From Nanobdellota archaeon (GTDB lineage Archaea > Nanobdellota > Nanobdellia > Pacearchaeales > GW2011-AR1), in NCBI GenBank assembly GCA_038045105.1, contig JBBSYU010000025.1, positions 1 through 32,158 on the forward strand: a stretch of 32,158 bases of DNA, given 5' to 3'. The notes beneath the pieces are model-generated. The model made no database searches and had not been told where the DNA came from. It saw only the letters and a program-made list of their open reading frames with translations. The translations under genes and the position numbers were made by a program. Positions 7,191 to 15,432 of this stretch are shown piece by piece. The stretch's first letter is position 1; the number at the start of each line of letters is the position of its first letter.

Positions 7191-9146
7191 ATGAAAATCA
7201 TAATTGTTTTTGTTATAGCGATGATTCTTGCTAGTTTTATCTGTTCTGCTGCAAATTTTGCAACAACAGATATTGATACTCTTCCAGTTAGCCAGAGCGC
7301 AACAAATACTGCTGCAAGTTCTGCTGCAAGCCAGAAAGAATATTCAGCAACAGTTACAGATGAAAAAGATATTGGAACAAATATTGGCTTGGAAACAGGA
7401 AAAATTAAAGTAAAAGGAATTAAAGTTGAAAAGCCTGCTGGAAAAAGCACAACTTTATCATTTATTGACAAAAATAGTTATGTTGAATTAATAGATTCAA
7501 AAGGAAACTGGAGAAGATTTTTTGGCTTGGATAAATTAAAAGTTAAAGTTAATGGAGCTGAAAAAGAATATGCACCTAAAATAGTAGTTGATGGAAATGG
7601 GCAGATTGAAGAGGCTTATTTTACTTCAACAGAAGGGGGCAAGTATGCTTTTGGAGACAGTGAAGTTGATGTTCCAAAAGGAGGAGGCGTGATATATCAA
7701 AAAAATAAAGGAAAAGGTGAATTGCAGTTATCAGTTCCTGCTAATACAAAAATTACTGCACCTAAAATATTTGATGATAAATCAAATGTCAAGCTGGCAA
7801 AGGTTTCATACATAAGCTGGGATAATAGTTTTTTAGAATTGGAAAATGGAATGAAAATACAGGGTGCGAGTGTTCATTATATTGATGGAAAACTTGCTTT
7901 TTCAGGAAAAAATATAAATTTTAATGGCTTGGTTATAAGGGATGCAAGTGCAGAAAAAATAAGTTATTTAGATTTCACAGGAAAAAATCTTGATGTTCCT
8001 GGCCCATACATTTCAATGAATCTTAATGAAAAAATAATTTTTATTGGAACAAATACAAATCAGGATTCTCATTCTTTAATGTTTCAGAAAGGAAATCTAT
8101 ATGGCTTGACTTTTGATGCTGATACAGACCACATGGCTGTGAGAGTTTTGGGTGATGAAAAAACAAAGTCTTATTTTTCTATTACAGACAAAGACAGGAC
8201 AGATAAGGGATTTGTTCCATTAGGGAAGATAGTTGGAAATGTTGCTGTAAATGTTGATGATGGAGGTGTTGGAACTTATTTGAAAAATAATGAAATTTAT
8301 AAATCACAGGTTGGAAGAGTTATTAGTGATTTTTCTGATATTCCTGGAAAAACAACAATTCCTGTTGAATTATCTTTTTATAAATTAAATCAAAAAGGCG
8401 AGGAAGTTCCTGTTAGCTTGAAAAGAGTAATAATAAATGGAAAAGAAAGTGTTGCAGAGGAAAGGGTTGTTTTAAGCAACAGGAATGAGCTTGGGATTGG
8501 TGCTAATCCTACTTGGATTGCAGGAAGTTTGTATTCTAGAAATTATCCTGTATTAACAAGAGGTGTTTCAAACAGGGTTGCTTATAATTATGTTCAGTTT
8601 ACTCCTGAAGGAGTGTCTAAGTTTACAGGAGTAAGAATAATTCCGGATAGTTATTCCAGAAATGTTTTAAAACAAGATGATTACAGAATGTTATTGGATT
8701 GGCTGAATTCTCTTTCTCCTTTTGCAAGAAAAAGAGTAGGAGAAATTTATCTTCATGAAAGAGCTACAATGGGGGGATATGAGGCATTAGCATGGGGAGG
8801 GCCTGGAGGAATAGAAATAGGTGTTGGTTCTGGAGCATTCACTCCTGGGATTATTACTCATGAAGCAACACATGCTGTAAATATTGACAATAATAATTTT
8901 TGGAGTGCTTGGACAAGTGTTGGTGGGAAAAGTGATTCCGAAGACCCTTCTGAATTTGCAGAATATGCATTTAAAGATATAAGAGGAAATTTACAAAGCA
9001 GCAAATCATTCAGAGGAAAAATGGCTGTTCTTGTTCAGCAGGGAGTTATAAGCCAGTATGTATTTGACCAGCAGCTTTTAAGAGCAGGATTAGAAACAGG
9101 AACACAGGCTACTGAAAGATATATTAGGGAGGCAAGAGGAAGTTAA
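7191..9146 (+). CDS. Large secreted protein with C-terminal HExxH motif (candidate zinc metallopeptidase)
   Basis: 651 aa with signal peptide MKIIIVFVIAMILASFICSAANFA. The body is beta-rich. HEATH lies at nt 8859-8873 within GIITHEATHAVNIDNN. Confidence 0.8.
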   Translation: MKIIIVFVIAMILASFICSAANFATTDIDTLPVSQSATNTAASSAASQKEYSATVTDEKDIGTNIGLETGKIKVKGIKVEKPAGKSTTLSFIDKNSYVELIDSKGNWRRFFGLDKLKVKVNGAEKEYAPKIVVDGNGQIEEAYFTSTEGGKYAFGDSEVDVPKGGGVIYQKNKGKGELQLSVPANTKITAPKIFDDKSNVKLAKVSYISWDNSFLELENGMKIQGASVHYIDGKLAFSGKNINFNGLVIRDASAEKISYLDFTGKNLDVPGPYISMNLNEKIIFIGTNTNQDSHSLMFQKGNLYGLTFDADTDHMAVRVLGDEKTKSYFSITDKDRTDKGFVPLGKIVGNVAVNVDDGGVGTYLKNNEIYKSQVGRVISDFSDIPGKTTIPVELSFYKLNQKGEEVPVSLKRVIINGKESVAEERVVLSNRNELGIGANPTWIAGSLYSRNYPVLTRGVSNRVAYNYVQFTPEGVSKFTGVRIIPDSYSRNVLKQDDYRMLLDWLNSLSPFARKRVGEIYLHERATMGGYEALAWGGPGGIEIGVGSGAFTPGIITHEATHAVNIDNNNFWSAWTSVGGKSDSEDPSEFAEYAFKDIRGNLQSSKSFRGKMAVLVQQGVISQYVFDQQLLRAGLETGTQATERYIREARGS

Positions 9147-9157
9147 AAACAATAAAT

Positions 9158-9330
9158 GAGTATTAGTAATACAAAACTTTTAAAAAAAGTTTTAACAAAA
9201 ATTAAAAATAATGTGAAATAAATAAGTTATGAAGATGAGTGAGCAAGATGAGTAAGAATATAGAATATACAACTGATAACCTAACAATCAACACACAACA
9301 TAACATTTAAACAATTAACATTACCAGAAT
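9158..9330 (+). repeat. MITE-like intergenic repeat, copy 5 (carries palindromic module P)
   Basis: GAGTATTAGTAATAC is followed by module P, then AATGTGAAATAAATAAGTTATGAAGATGAGTGAGCAAGATGAGTAAG...CTGATAACC...AATTAACATTACCAGAAT. The element ends 4 nt before ATG 9334. Confidence 0.75.
9160..9197. repeat. Palindromic module P, copy 2
   Basis: GTATTAGTAATACAAAACTTTTAAAAAAAGTTTTAACA. It matches copies 1 and 3 except for the T/A run partition at the centre. Confidence 0.8.
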
Positions 9331-9333
9331 AAC

Positions 9334-10032
9334 ATGATAAACAAATCAATAAAAAACAAAATTTTATTCATGGGAATTTTACTATTGACAAATATATTAA
9401 TGACGAATATAATCAGTGCCAGTCCTTTTTATTATAAAATTTCCATGGATTATAATAAAGATGTGATTGATATTAAAGAGATTGGAGTTATATTTTCACA
9501 AGAAGATTTAACAAATGGTTATGGAAGTTATAATATTGAAACTATTGATGCAAATAATAAAAAAATAGATTCTCAAAACTTTGTTGTGCCAAATACAAGA
9601 TTTTATGATAAAGGTGAGAATGGGAATATTAGTGAGGGAGGAAGTGTTGTTCTTGAAAATGTTTCTTTTATTGTTTATGCTCCTTATTATGCAAATGCAA
9701 AAGAGATAATTATTTATGATAAAACAAATAAAGAATTAACAAAAGCTGATGTAAGCATGTATTCCAGGATAACAGAAAAAGAAAATGTGATTAACAATGT
9801 TGGGGGAGACAAGGATGAGTATGGATGCTTGATTGCTGCTGGTTATTCATGGTGCGAAGAAAAGCAAAATTGCATAAGAACATGGGAAGAGACATGTTCT
9901 TCTGCAAAAAAAACTGAAAAAACCTCTGGTAATAACTTGTTGGAAAACATTTCTAATTATTGGTGGGTTTTGATTATAATATTAATAATCCTTATTATAA
10001 TACTTGCATATGCTATGAAAAAGAAAAGATGA
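9334..10032 (+). CDS. Exported protein with C-terminal TM anchor (candidate sorting-signal protein)
   Basis: 232 aa with N-terminal signal ILFMGILLLTNILMTNIISA. A 4-Cys motif GCLIAAGYSWCEEKQNCIRTWEETC is present. The C-terminus is NYWWVLIIILIILIIILAYAMKKKR. Confidence 0.8.
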   Translation: MINKSIKNKILFMGILLLTNILMTNIISASPFYYKISMDYNKDVIDIKEIGVIFSQEDLTNGYGSYNIETIDANNKKIDSQNFVVPNTRFYDKGENGNISEGGSVVLENVSFIVYAPYYANAKEIIIYDKTNKELTKADVSMYSRITEKENVINNVGGDKDEYGCLIAAGYSWCEEKQNCIRTWEETCSSAKKTEKTSGNNLLENISNYWWVLIIILIILIIILAYAMKKKR

Positions 10033-10096
10033 AAAAGATTATATAATAACAATGGACAATAGATAATTTTTTAAGGGCTGAATTATTGGAATAAAC

Positions 10097-10333
10097 ATGG
10101 AAAAACAAATAATAGATTTTAATGTATTGATAGGACAAGATGAAGATGGAATTTATGTAGCAAGAGTTCCAGAAATAGAAGGATGTTACACACAAGGCAA
10201 AACTTTGCAGGAAGTATTGGAAAGAATAAAAGAAGCAATTGAAGTATGTTTAGAAGCTGACAAAGAAGAGGTAAATCCTATGAGGTTTGTTGGAATACAA
10301 AGAGTTCAAGTTGAAAGGCCTCAAATGGCTTAA
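10097..10333 (+). CDS. hicB: HicB-family antitoxin (UPF0150-like)
   Basis: 78 aa. GIYVARVPEIEGCYTQGKTLQEVLERIKEAIEVCLE is the typical HicB N-terminal domain pattern. Confidence 0.7.
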   Translation: MEKQIIDFNVLIGQDEDGIYVARVPEIEGCYTQGKTLQEVLERIKEAIEVCLEADKEEVNPMRFVGIQRVQVERPQMA

Positions 10334-10334
10334 G

Positions 10335-10400
10335 ATGACTAAGCTGATTACTATTTCTGGTAAAGAAATGTGCAAACTGTTTGAGAATTATTTATATTAA
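10335..10400 (+). pseudogene. Truncated HicA-like toxin remnant (21 codons)
   Basis: The ATG lies 1 nt after the hicB stop. MTKLITISGKEMCKLFENYLY resembles the HicA N-terminus (..sGkelikaLek.Gf..) but stops before the RNA-binding core. Confidence 0.4.
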
Positions 10401-10425
10401 TAAACTTTAAAAGAAACTTAATCTT

Positions 10426-12375
10426 ATGAATCAGATGAAAAAGAGCATTAGTTTTTGGCATGGGTTTGCAGTGATATTTATATTCTTATTTTTAATTGGA
10501 TTTGCTTATGCAGAGGATGTAGGAACAGGCAGGATTATTATTGATAAAGATAAAATTGTAAAAATCAAGGGCAATGATTATAATGTAAATGCAGGAAGCT
10601 TGTTTATAATCAAAAATGATGAACTTGCAGAGGGAACTAGCTTTGTTGCAGGAAAAAATGGAGGAATTTTCAGATTAAAAGGAGTTAATGTCAAACTTCC
10701 TGAAAATACAAAAGTTTTATTTAAAGATGGAAAAATAAAAATAGAACTTCCTGATGGAGTAAAATTAGATACTCTGAATGTAAAAGAGTTGGAAAAAGCA
10801 AAAGGAGTTAAATTTGAATTTGTTTCAAAAGATAAGGGATTTAATCTTCCAAGCGGAGATTTATTCAAAGGAATTTTGAATTATGATATTGATAAAAATG
10901 GAATAGGAAATCTTTATTTTTCTGATAAAGAAGCTGTTTTAGATGGTTTAAAAGTAAAAAATCCAAAACAAGAAAGAATAGACTTGGATTTAAAAGGAGA
11001 GGTTTCAAAATCTTATTCTGGAAATTATATTTCTATTGACAGCAGGAATTCTAAATTAGTTATTGGAAAAAATAGCAATGGCGCTGGAGTTAGGGTTGAA
11101 AAACAAGGTGAAAATGTTGTTTTTAGGGCTGGAAAAGATGATGGCAAAGATGCTGGGGATAAAGCTGGAAAAGGGACAATAGTTATTGAAAATAGTAAAG
11201 TCAAGACTTATGGTGATTACAGGATTGATAATGGTGAATTATCTGTAGAAACAGGGATTAATAAAAAAGGAGAAAAAACACTTATTATGCCTAGTGATGT
11301 TAATAAAAATGGGAAAAAATCTTCTCGAATGGAAATTGCAAGTTATGATAATGATGGAAAGCTTTTATTAAAATCAGGCAAGAAAGTAGTTATTAATGAA
11401 AATAATGGATTAGAAGTTTATTCTATTAATAATGCTGTTCAGGATGCAAGCGAAGAAAAACCAAGAGTGACATTTAATACCCAGGAAAGCCCTCAAACTG
11501 CGCAAGTTCAAAATAGTGAATCTAATAATCCTGCTAGCGGGCTTAAACTTGGAATTCTTTCTCCCGTTAATAGAGGTTATAATCCATCTAATTCTGTTTA
11601 TGAAGATATTCTTGGGCATAGCCAGACTGTAACAATTTATGGGACAGATAAGGGCGGGCAGGCTACAACTTTGCATGAAAATGAACATGGTGCAAATGCA
11701 GAGGCAACAATAAAAGCTATTAGGGATTTAAGTGCTTCTGGAAATCCAGATAAATGGAATTTAGATTATGTTTCTGGATATTATCTTGGAAATAATCAGT
11801 ATGCAGTATTATTAGAGCCTGGATTAGACAGAAAACAAATATATAAAAACTATGTTCCTAATGAATTAATCAATAAGGGTTATACTACAAATTATTTTAC
11901 AGATGATGACGGCATTAAAAAAGGGCTTCAAAGAGCTGAAAATTCTAATTATATTCATGATGAATGGATGGCAGGTATTAAAGAATTTGAAGGAAGCATG
12001 CAACTCATAGACAGAAATCAGTGGACAAGCGGAGTTGCAAGCAGAGGACAGCAAGGAATCGGTGTTATGGATACTGGAGAACTTGCTGCATTTACCACAA
12101 ATTCGCTTGCTGTTGCAACAGCAGTAAGAGAGCAAAATCCAAATTATTGGAATAATCATCCAGAATACAGAAGTTTTGTTGCTGTAAATTTAATAAAATC
12201 AAAGCAGTTATATGATGCTGCAACAAGTTCAAAATATAATGGATATTTTCTGAATAATCATAATAATTATTTTCAGACACTTAGAACAGGCAGCAATCCT
12301 GCTATAGAAAAAATGAGAGAAACAGCAAGACAAGTTTTAGGCAGTGATGCTTCAAAAAGAGTTCTTGGATTTTGA
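10426..12375 (+). CDS. Large secreted protein with HExxH motif (candidate zinc metallopeptidase)
   Basis: 649 aa with signal FWHGFAVIFIFLFLIGFAYA. The N-terminal half is beta-rich. HENEH lies at nt 11674-11688 within TTLHENEHGANAE. Confidence 0.8.
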   Translation: MNQMKKSISFWHGFAVIFIFLFLIGFAYAEDVGTGRIIIDKDKIVKIKGNDYNVNAGSLFIIKNDELAEGTSFVAGKNGGIFRLKGVNVKLPENTKVLFKDGKIKIELPDGVKLDTLNVKELEKAKGVKFEFVSKDKGFNLPSGDLFKGILNYDIDKNGIGNLYFSDKEAVLDGLKVKNPKQERIDLDLKGEVSKSYSGNYISIDSRNSKLVIGKNSNGAGVRVEKQGENVVFRAGKDDGKDAGDKAGKGTIVIENSKVKTYGDYRIDNGELSVETGINKKGEKTLIMPSDVNKNGKKSSRMEIASYDNDGKLLLKSGKKVVINENNGLEVYSINNAVQDASEEKPRVTFNTQESPQTAQVQNSESNNPASGLKLGILSPVNRGYNPSNSVYEDILGHSQTVTIYGTDKGGQATTLHENEHGANAEATIKAIRDLSASGNPDKWNLDYVSGYYLGNNQYAVLLEPGLDRKQIYKNYVPNELINKGYTTNYFTDDDGIKKGLQRAENSNYIHDEWMAGIKEFEGSMQLIDRNQWTSGVASRGQQGIGVMDTGELAAFTTNSLAVATAVREQNPNYWNNHPEYRSFVAVNLIKSKQLYDAATSSKYNGYFLNNHNNYFQTLRTGSNPAIEKMRETARQVLGSDASKRVLGF

Positions 12376-12385
12376 ATTATCTTAT

Positions 12386-12470
12386 TATTTATTAGTAATA
12401 TGCCATCCTAAAAAGTTATGTAATTAGTTGATTAAAGAGATTATGCATATTTCAAAAACCAAATAATTTA
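12386..12470 (+). repeat. MITE-like intergenic repeat, copy 6 (short, degenerate)
   Basis: TTATTAGTAATATG...AAAAGTTATGTAATTAGTTGATTAAAGAG...CAAAAACCAAATAA. It contains the TTAATCAACTAATTA motif in inverted sense, so orientation is ambiguous. Confidence 0.4.
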
Positions 12471-12489
12471 TTAAGCAGGATTTTTTAAT

Positions 12490-13023
12490 ATGTCTATGAT
12501 AAAAAAGAGGGTTAGAAATAAAAAATCCCAAGAAGCTATTGGAATGTCATTTTCAATGATATTTTCAATTATCTTGATAATATTTTTTATTGCTGTTGCA
12601 TTCATGGCAATAAGATATTTTTTAAAAGTGCAAAACTGCGCAAGAGTTGGAGATTTTGTCAGTGAAGTAAAGATAAAGACTACAGAAGCATGGGATTCGC
12701 AAAAATCAGGTTTTGAAAAAAAATATATTCTTCCGTCTAATCTTGAGTATGTCTGCTTTGCAGATTTGTCACAGGAGCTTAGGGGGCAAAATGAAGCAGT
12801 ATTGGAGGACTTAGGATTTTTTCAGGAATGGGAAAAATCAAATATGCTTTTATATCCAAAAGGAAATTCATGCAATATGCCTGTGCATAATATAGAGCAT
12901 TTAGATATTGCAAAAATGACAAAAACAAAAAATCCTTATTGCATTGAAGTTAAAAGCGGGCAGATTACACTTAAATTTGAAAAAGGATATGTTGACAGAC
13001 TGGTTACTATTTCAGGTGTGTGA
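12490..13023 (+). CDS. Class III (type IV pilin-like) signal-peptide protein
   Basis: 177 aa with N-terminus MSMIKKRVRNKKS/QEAIGMSFSMIFSIILIIFFIAVAFMAI. 4 Cys in the mature part. Confidence 0.65.
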   Translation: MSMIKKRVRNKKSQEAIGMSFSMIFSIILIIFFIAVAFMAIRYFLKVQNCARVGDFVSEVKIKTTEAWDSQKSGFEKKYILPSNLEYVCFADLSQELRGQNEAVLEDLGFFQEWEKSNMLLYPKGNSCNMPVHNIEHLDIAKMTKTKNPYCIEVKSGQITLKFEKGYVDRLVTISGV

Positions 13024-13028
13024 ATAAT

Positions 13029-13168
13029 ATATATTTGTAATAGAAAAACCTAAGAAGTTATGAAGATGAGATGATTAAATGAGATAAACAGAAATAAAAT
13101 TTGAGAATCAGAAGCTATAACAAATCAACAGATGTATCATATCTCAAATTACATACAATTCCAATAAA
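13029..13168 (+). repeat. MITE-like intergenic repeat, copy 7a
   Basis: ATATATTTGTAATAGAAAAACCTAAGAAGTTATGAAGATGAGATGATTAAATGAG...AGCTATAACAAATCAACAGATGTATCATATCTCAAATTACATACAATTCCAATAAAT. Confidence 0.85.
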
Positions 13169-13175
13169 TAAGATA

Positions 13176-13292
13176 AAATATCGGTAATGTAAAATAAATA
13201 AGTTTTGCAGATGAGATGATTAAAATATTAGTGAGGAGCAAAATTATGGAACAGATGATATAACTAATAAAAAACATACAATACTAAGGTAA
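13176..13292 (+). repeat. MITE-like intergenic repeat, copy 7b
   Basis: AAATATCGGTAATGTAAAATAAATAAGTTTTGCAGATGAGATGATTAAAAT...AACAGATGATATAACT...ACATACAATACTAAGG. Confidence 0.8.
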
Positions 13293-13294
13293 GA

Positions 13295-13428
13295 AATTAT
13301 TAGTAATAAAAAAACTTGAGAGATATGGATGAGCAGATTAAGAGAGTAAGAAGGTAGTAGAAAAAACTGATAACATACTTAACAACTGATACTCTAACTC
13401 TTAAATTATATACGATACTGACATAATA
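13295..13428 (+). repeat. MITE-like intergenic repeat, copy 7c
   Basis: AAATTATTAGTAATAAAAAAACTTGAGAGATATGGATGAGCAGATTAAGAG...CTGATAACATACTTAACAACTGATACTCTAACTCTTAAATTATATACGATACTGACATAAT. Confidence 0.75.
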
Positions 13429-13451
13429 AAATAATCTAAAAAAAGAGAGAT

Positions 13452-14396
13452 ATGCTAAAAAGAAGCAATAAAAAAGCAATTGAAATGGGTTTTAACTGGT
13501 TATTTGCAATAATAGCAGGAGGTTTTATACTTTTTATTGCTGTTTATTCTGCAAGCAAATTCATTGGAATTTCAGAGCAGAAATATGGGACAGAAAGTGC
13601 TGCAAAATTTGTATCTCTTTTTGACCCTCTTGAAATAGGACTTGTTGCTGGAAAATCCTCTGAAATTGATTTTGTGAAAAATACAAGAGTTTTTTTTGAT
13701 TGCGATGCAGATGTCAATGCTCCTTTTGGAAGGCAGACTATTTCTTTTTCAGAACAGATGTTTGGGAAAAAATGGAGTGAAAAAAGCAACAGGGTATCAA
13801 TAAAAAATAAGTATGTTTTTAGTGAAAATGTTGTTGAAGGCAAGAGATTCTATCTTTTTTCATTTCCTTTTTCAATGCCTTTTAGTATTGGAGATATTGT
13901 TATAACTGAATCTGGAAGTTATTGTTTTTATGATGCTCCTAATGAGATTGTTGATGATATTGAAGGGCTTAATATTAAAAATGTAATATTTCCTAATTTA
14001 ACAACCGAGTGTAATGGAATAAAAGTTTGTTTTGGAGGACATAGCAAATGTGATATTAAAGTATCAACTTCTGAAAGTTATGTTGAAAAAAACGGGAAAA
14101 AGATGTATTATTATGGAAATTTGATATATGGCGCTATTTTTTCTTCTCCTGAAAATTATGAATGCAATGTCAAGAGATTAATGAGCAAGCTAAATGAATT
14201 AGGCAAAATCTATATTAGCAAGATAAAAATAATGGAAAGAGAAGATTGTGAGCCAAAGATTGAGGCTAAATTAAGCATGGAAATGGGAATTGCTAAGAGC
14301 ATCACTTCTTCAAGAGATTTAATCAGGCTTGGAATTAGTTCAGAAGAAATTGATGAAATAAATGAGGCTGGAAAACCAGGATGCAAGCTGTATTAG
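13452..14396 (+). CDS. Class III (type IV pilin-like) signal-peptide protein
   Basis: 314 aa with N-terminus MLKRSNKKA/IEMGFNWLFAIIAGGFILFIAVYSA. 8 Cys in the mature part. Confidence 0.55.
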   Translation: MLKRSNKKAIEMGFNWLFAIIAGGFILFIAVYSASKFIGISEQKYGTESAAKFVSLFDPLEIGLVAGKSSEIDFVKNTRVFFDCDADVNAPFGRQTISFSEQMFGKKWSEKSNRVSIKNKYVFSENVVEGKRFYLFSFPFSMPFSIGDIVITESGSYCFYDAPNEIVDDIEGLNIKNVIFPNLTTECNGIKVCFGGHSKCDIKVSTSESYVEKNGKKMYYYGNLIYGAIFSSPENYECNVKRLMSKLNELGKIYISKIKIMEREDCEPKIEAKLSMEMGIAKSITSSRDLIRLGISSEEIDEINEAGKPGCKLY

Positions 14397-14418
14397 GATG
14401 AAACTAATGAATAAAATC

Positions 14419-14548
14419 TATATTGGTAATATCAAAAAAACTGACAAGTTATGGGTGAGATGATTAAATTGAGTGAGAGTATAGCAAAAAACTGATAACT
14501 CGCTTAACAACTGACACCATAACTTTCAAATTATATGATACCAATACT
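14419..14548 (+). repeat. MITE-like intergenic repeat, copy 8
   Basis: TATATTGGTAATATCAAAAAAACTGACAAGTTATGGGTGAGATGATTAAATTGAG...CTGATAACTCGCTTAACAACTGACACCATAACTTTCAAATTATATGATACCAATAC. Confidence 0.85.
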
Positions 14549-14550
14549 AT

Positions 14551-14569
14551 GTTGGTAATCAATTCCAAC
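14551..14569. repeat. Terminus-only mini element (left and right termini fused: GTTGGTAATCAATTCCAAC)
   Basis: TTGGTAAT (left-terminus core) abuts AATTCCAA (right-terminus core) with no interior. It lies directly after copy 8. Confidence 0.45.
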
Positions 14570-14575
14570 AAGAAT

Positions 14576-15151
14576 ATGATAAATAAAATAACCAAAAAAT
14601 CAAAGAAAGGGCAATTAAATATACAGGAAATGGCATTTATGCTTGTGGCTGTTGTATTGTTTTTTGGACTTGTTACTTTGTTTGTGCTTACAATTGTGTA
14701 TAAAAACATGTATTCGCAGTTAAATATAATAAATCAGGAAAAAACACTTACCTCTCTGATAAATCTTGCTGATTCTCCTGAATTTCGGTGCGTTACTACA
14801 AAATCCAATTGTGTTGATGGTGATAAAGCTATTTCTCTGATGAACAGAACTGTTTATTCTAATTTTTGGGGGTTCAGCAGCCTGACAATAATAAAAATGA
14901 GTGGTTTTGCTAAAAATGAAAGCCAGTTGATAAAATGCAATATTGCTAATTATCCTGATTGTGATTTAATTGTTATTTATGATAAAAAGGTTAAAAATGA
15001 AAGGGCAATATCAAGTTATGTTGCTTTTTGCAGGAAAAAATATGAAAAAGTTGACACTTATACAGGCTATACATATGATAAATGCGAGATAGCTAAACTA
15101 GTGGCTGGCACAGAACTTAAAAACACGCCTGGAACAGCGCCTGCGAGATAA
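14576..15151 (+). CDS. Class III (type IV pilin-like) signal-peptide protein
   Basis: The ORF track starts at 14549, inside repeat sequence. I prefer ATG 14576, giving MINKITKKSKKG/QLNIQEMAFMLVAVVLFFGLVTLFVLTIV. 6 Cys in the mature part. Confidence 0.7.
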   Translation: MINKITKKSKKGQLNIQEMAFMLVAVVLFFGLVTLFVLTIVYKNMYSQLNIINQEKTLTSLINLADSPEFRCVTTKSNCVDGDKAISLMNRTVYSNFWGFSSLTIIKMSGFAKNESQLIKCNIANYPDCDLIVIYDKKVKNERAISSYVAFCRKKYEKVDTYTGYTYDKCEIAKLVAGTELKNTPGTAPAR

Positions 15152-15179
15152 AATGATAAAAATAAAAAATCAAAAAATA

Positions 15180-15375
15180 AATATTGATAATGAAAAGAGG
15201 TATTAGTAATACAAAACTTTTTAAAAAAGTTTTAACAAAATCAGGATTTATCCTGACATGATATAAAACTGATGAGTTATGCAGAGGAGAGATTAAACTA
15301 GTGAAAGTAGATTAAAAGACTGATAAACACTTAATCAACAAATGACATAACTGCTAAATAATTAACATTACCAAC
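15180..15375 (+). repeat. MITE-like intergenic repeat, copy 9 (composite; uninterrupted paralogue of copy 2)
   Basis: AATATTGATAATGAAAAGA is followed by module P, then ATCAGGATTTATCCTGACATGATATAAAACTGATGAGTTATGCAGAGGAGAGATTAAA...CTGATAAACACTTAATCAACAAATGACATAACTGCTAAATAATTAACATTACCAAC. Confidence 0.8.
15199..15237. repeat. Palindromic module P, copy 3
   Basis: GGTATTAGTAATACAAAACTTTTTAAAAAAGTTTTAACA. It differs from copy 1 at about 2 positions. Confidence 0.85.
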
Positions 15376-15391
15376 AGCCCTTTTGGAAAAT

Positions 15392-15412
15392 CCAGAAAAT
15401 GAAATTTTCTGG
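15392..15412. repeat. CAGAAAAT hairpin module, copy 2 (CCAGAAAAT-GAA-ATTTTCTGG)
   Basis: 9-bp perfect stem. The same stem sequence occurs at 2683-2705 and 27144-27165 with a different loop each time. Confidence 0.7.
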
Positions 15413-15432
15413 CTCTTCAAAACTAAAAGTTT

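Noticed and set aside
13029-13428. Interpreting the tandem intergenic repeats (here and at 21305-21775 and 24276-24691) as CRISPR arrays
   Set aside because: The units are 90-160 bp, diverged from each other, directly abutting without unique spacers, and occur in both orientations across the window. No cas genes are present.
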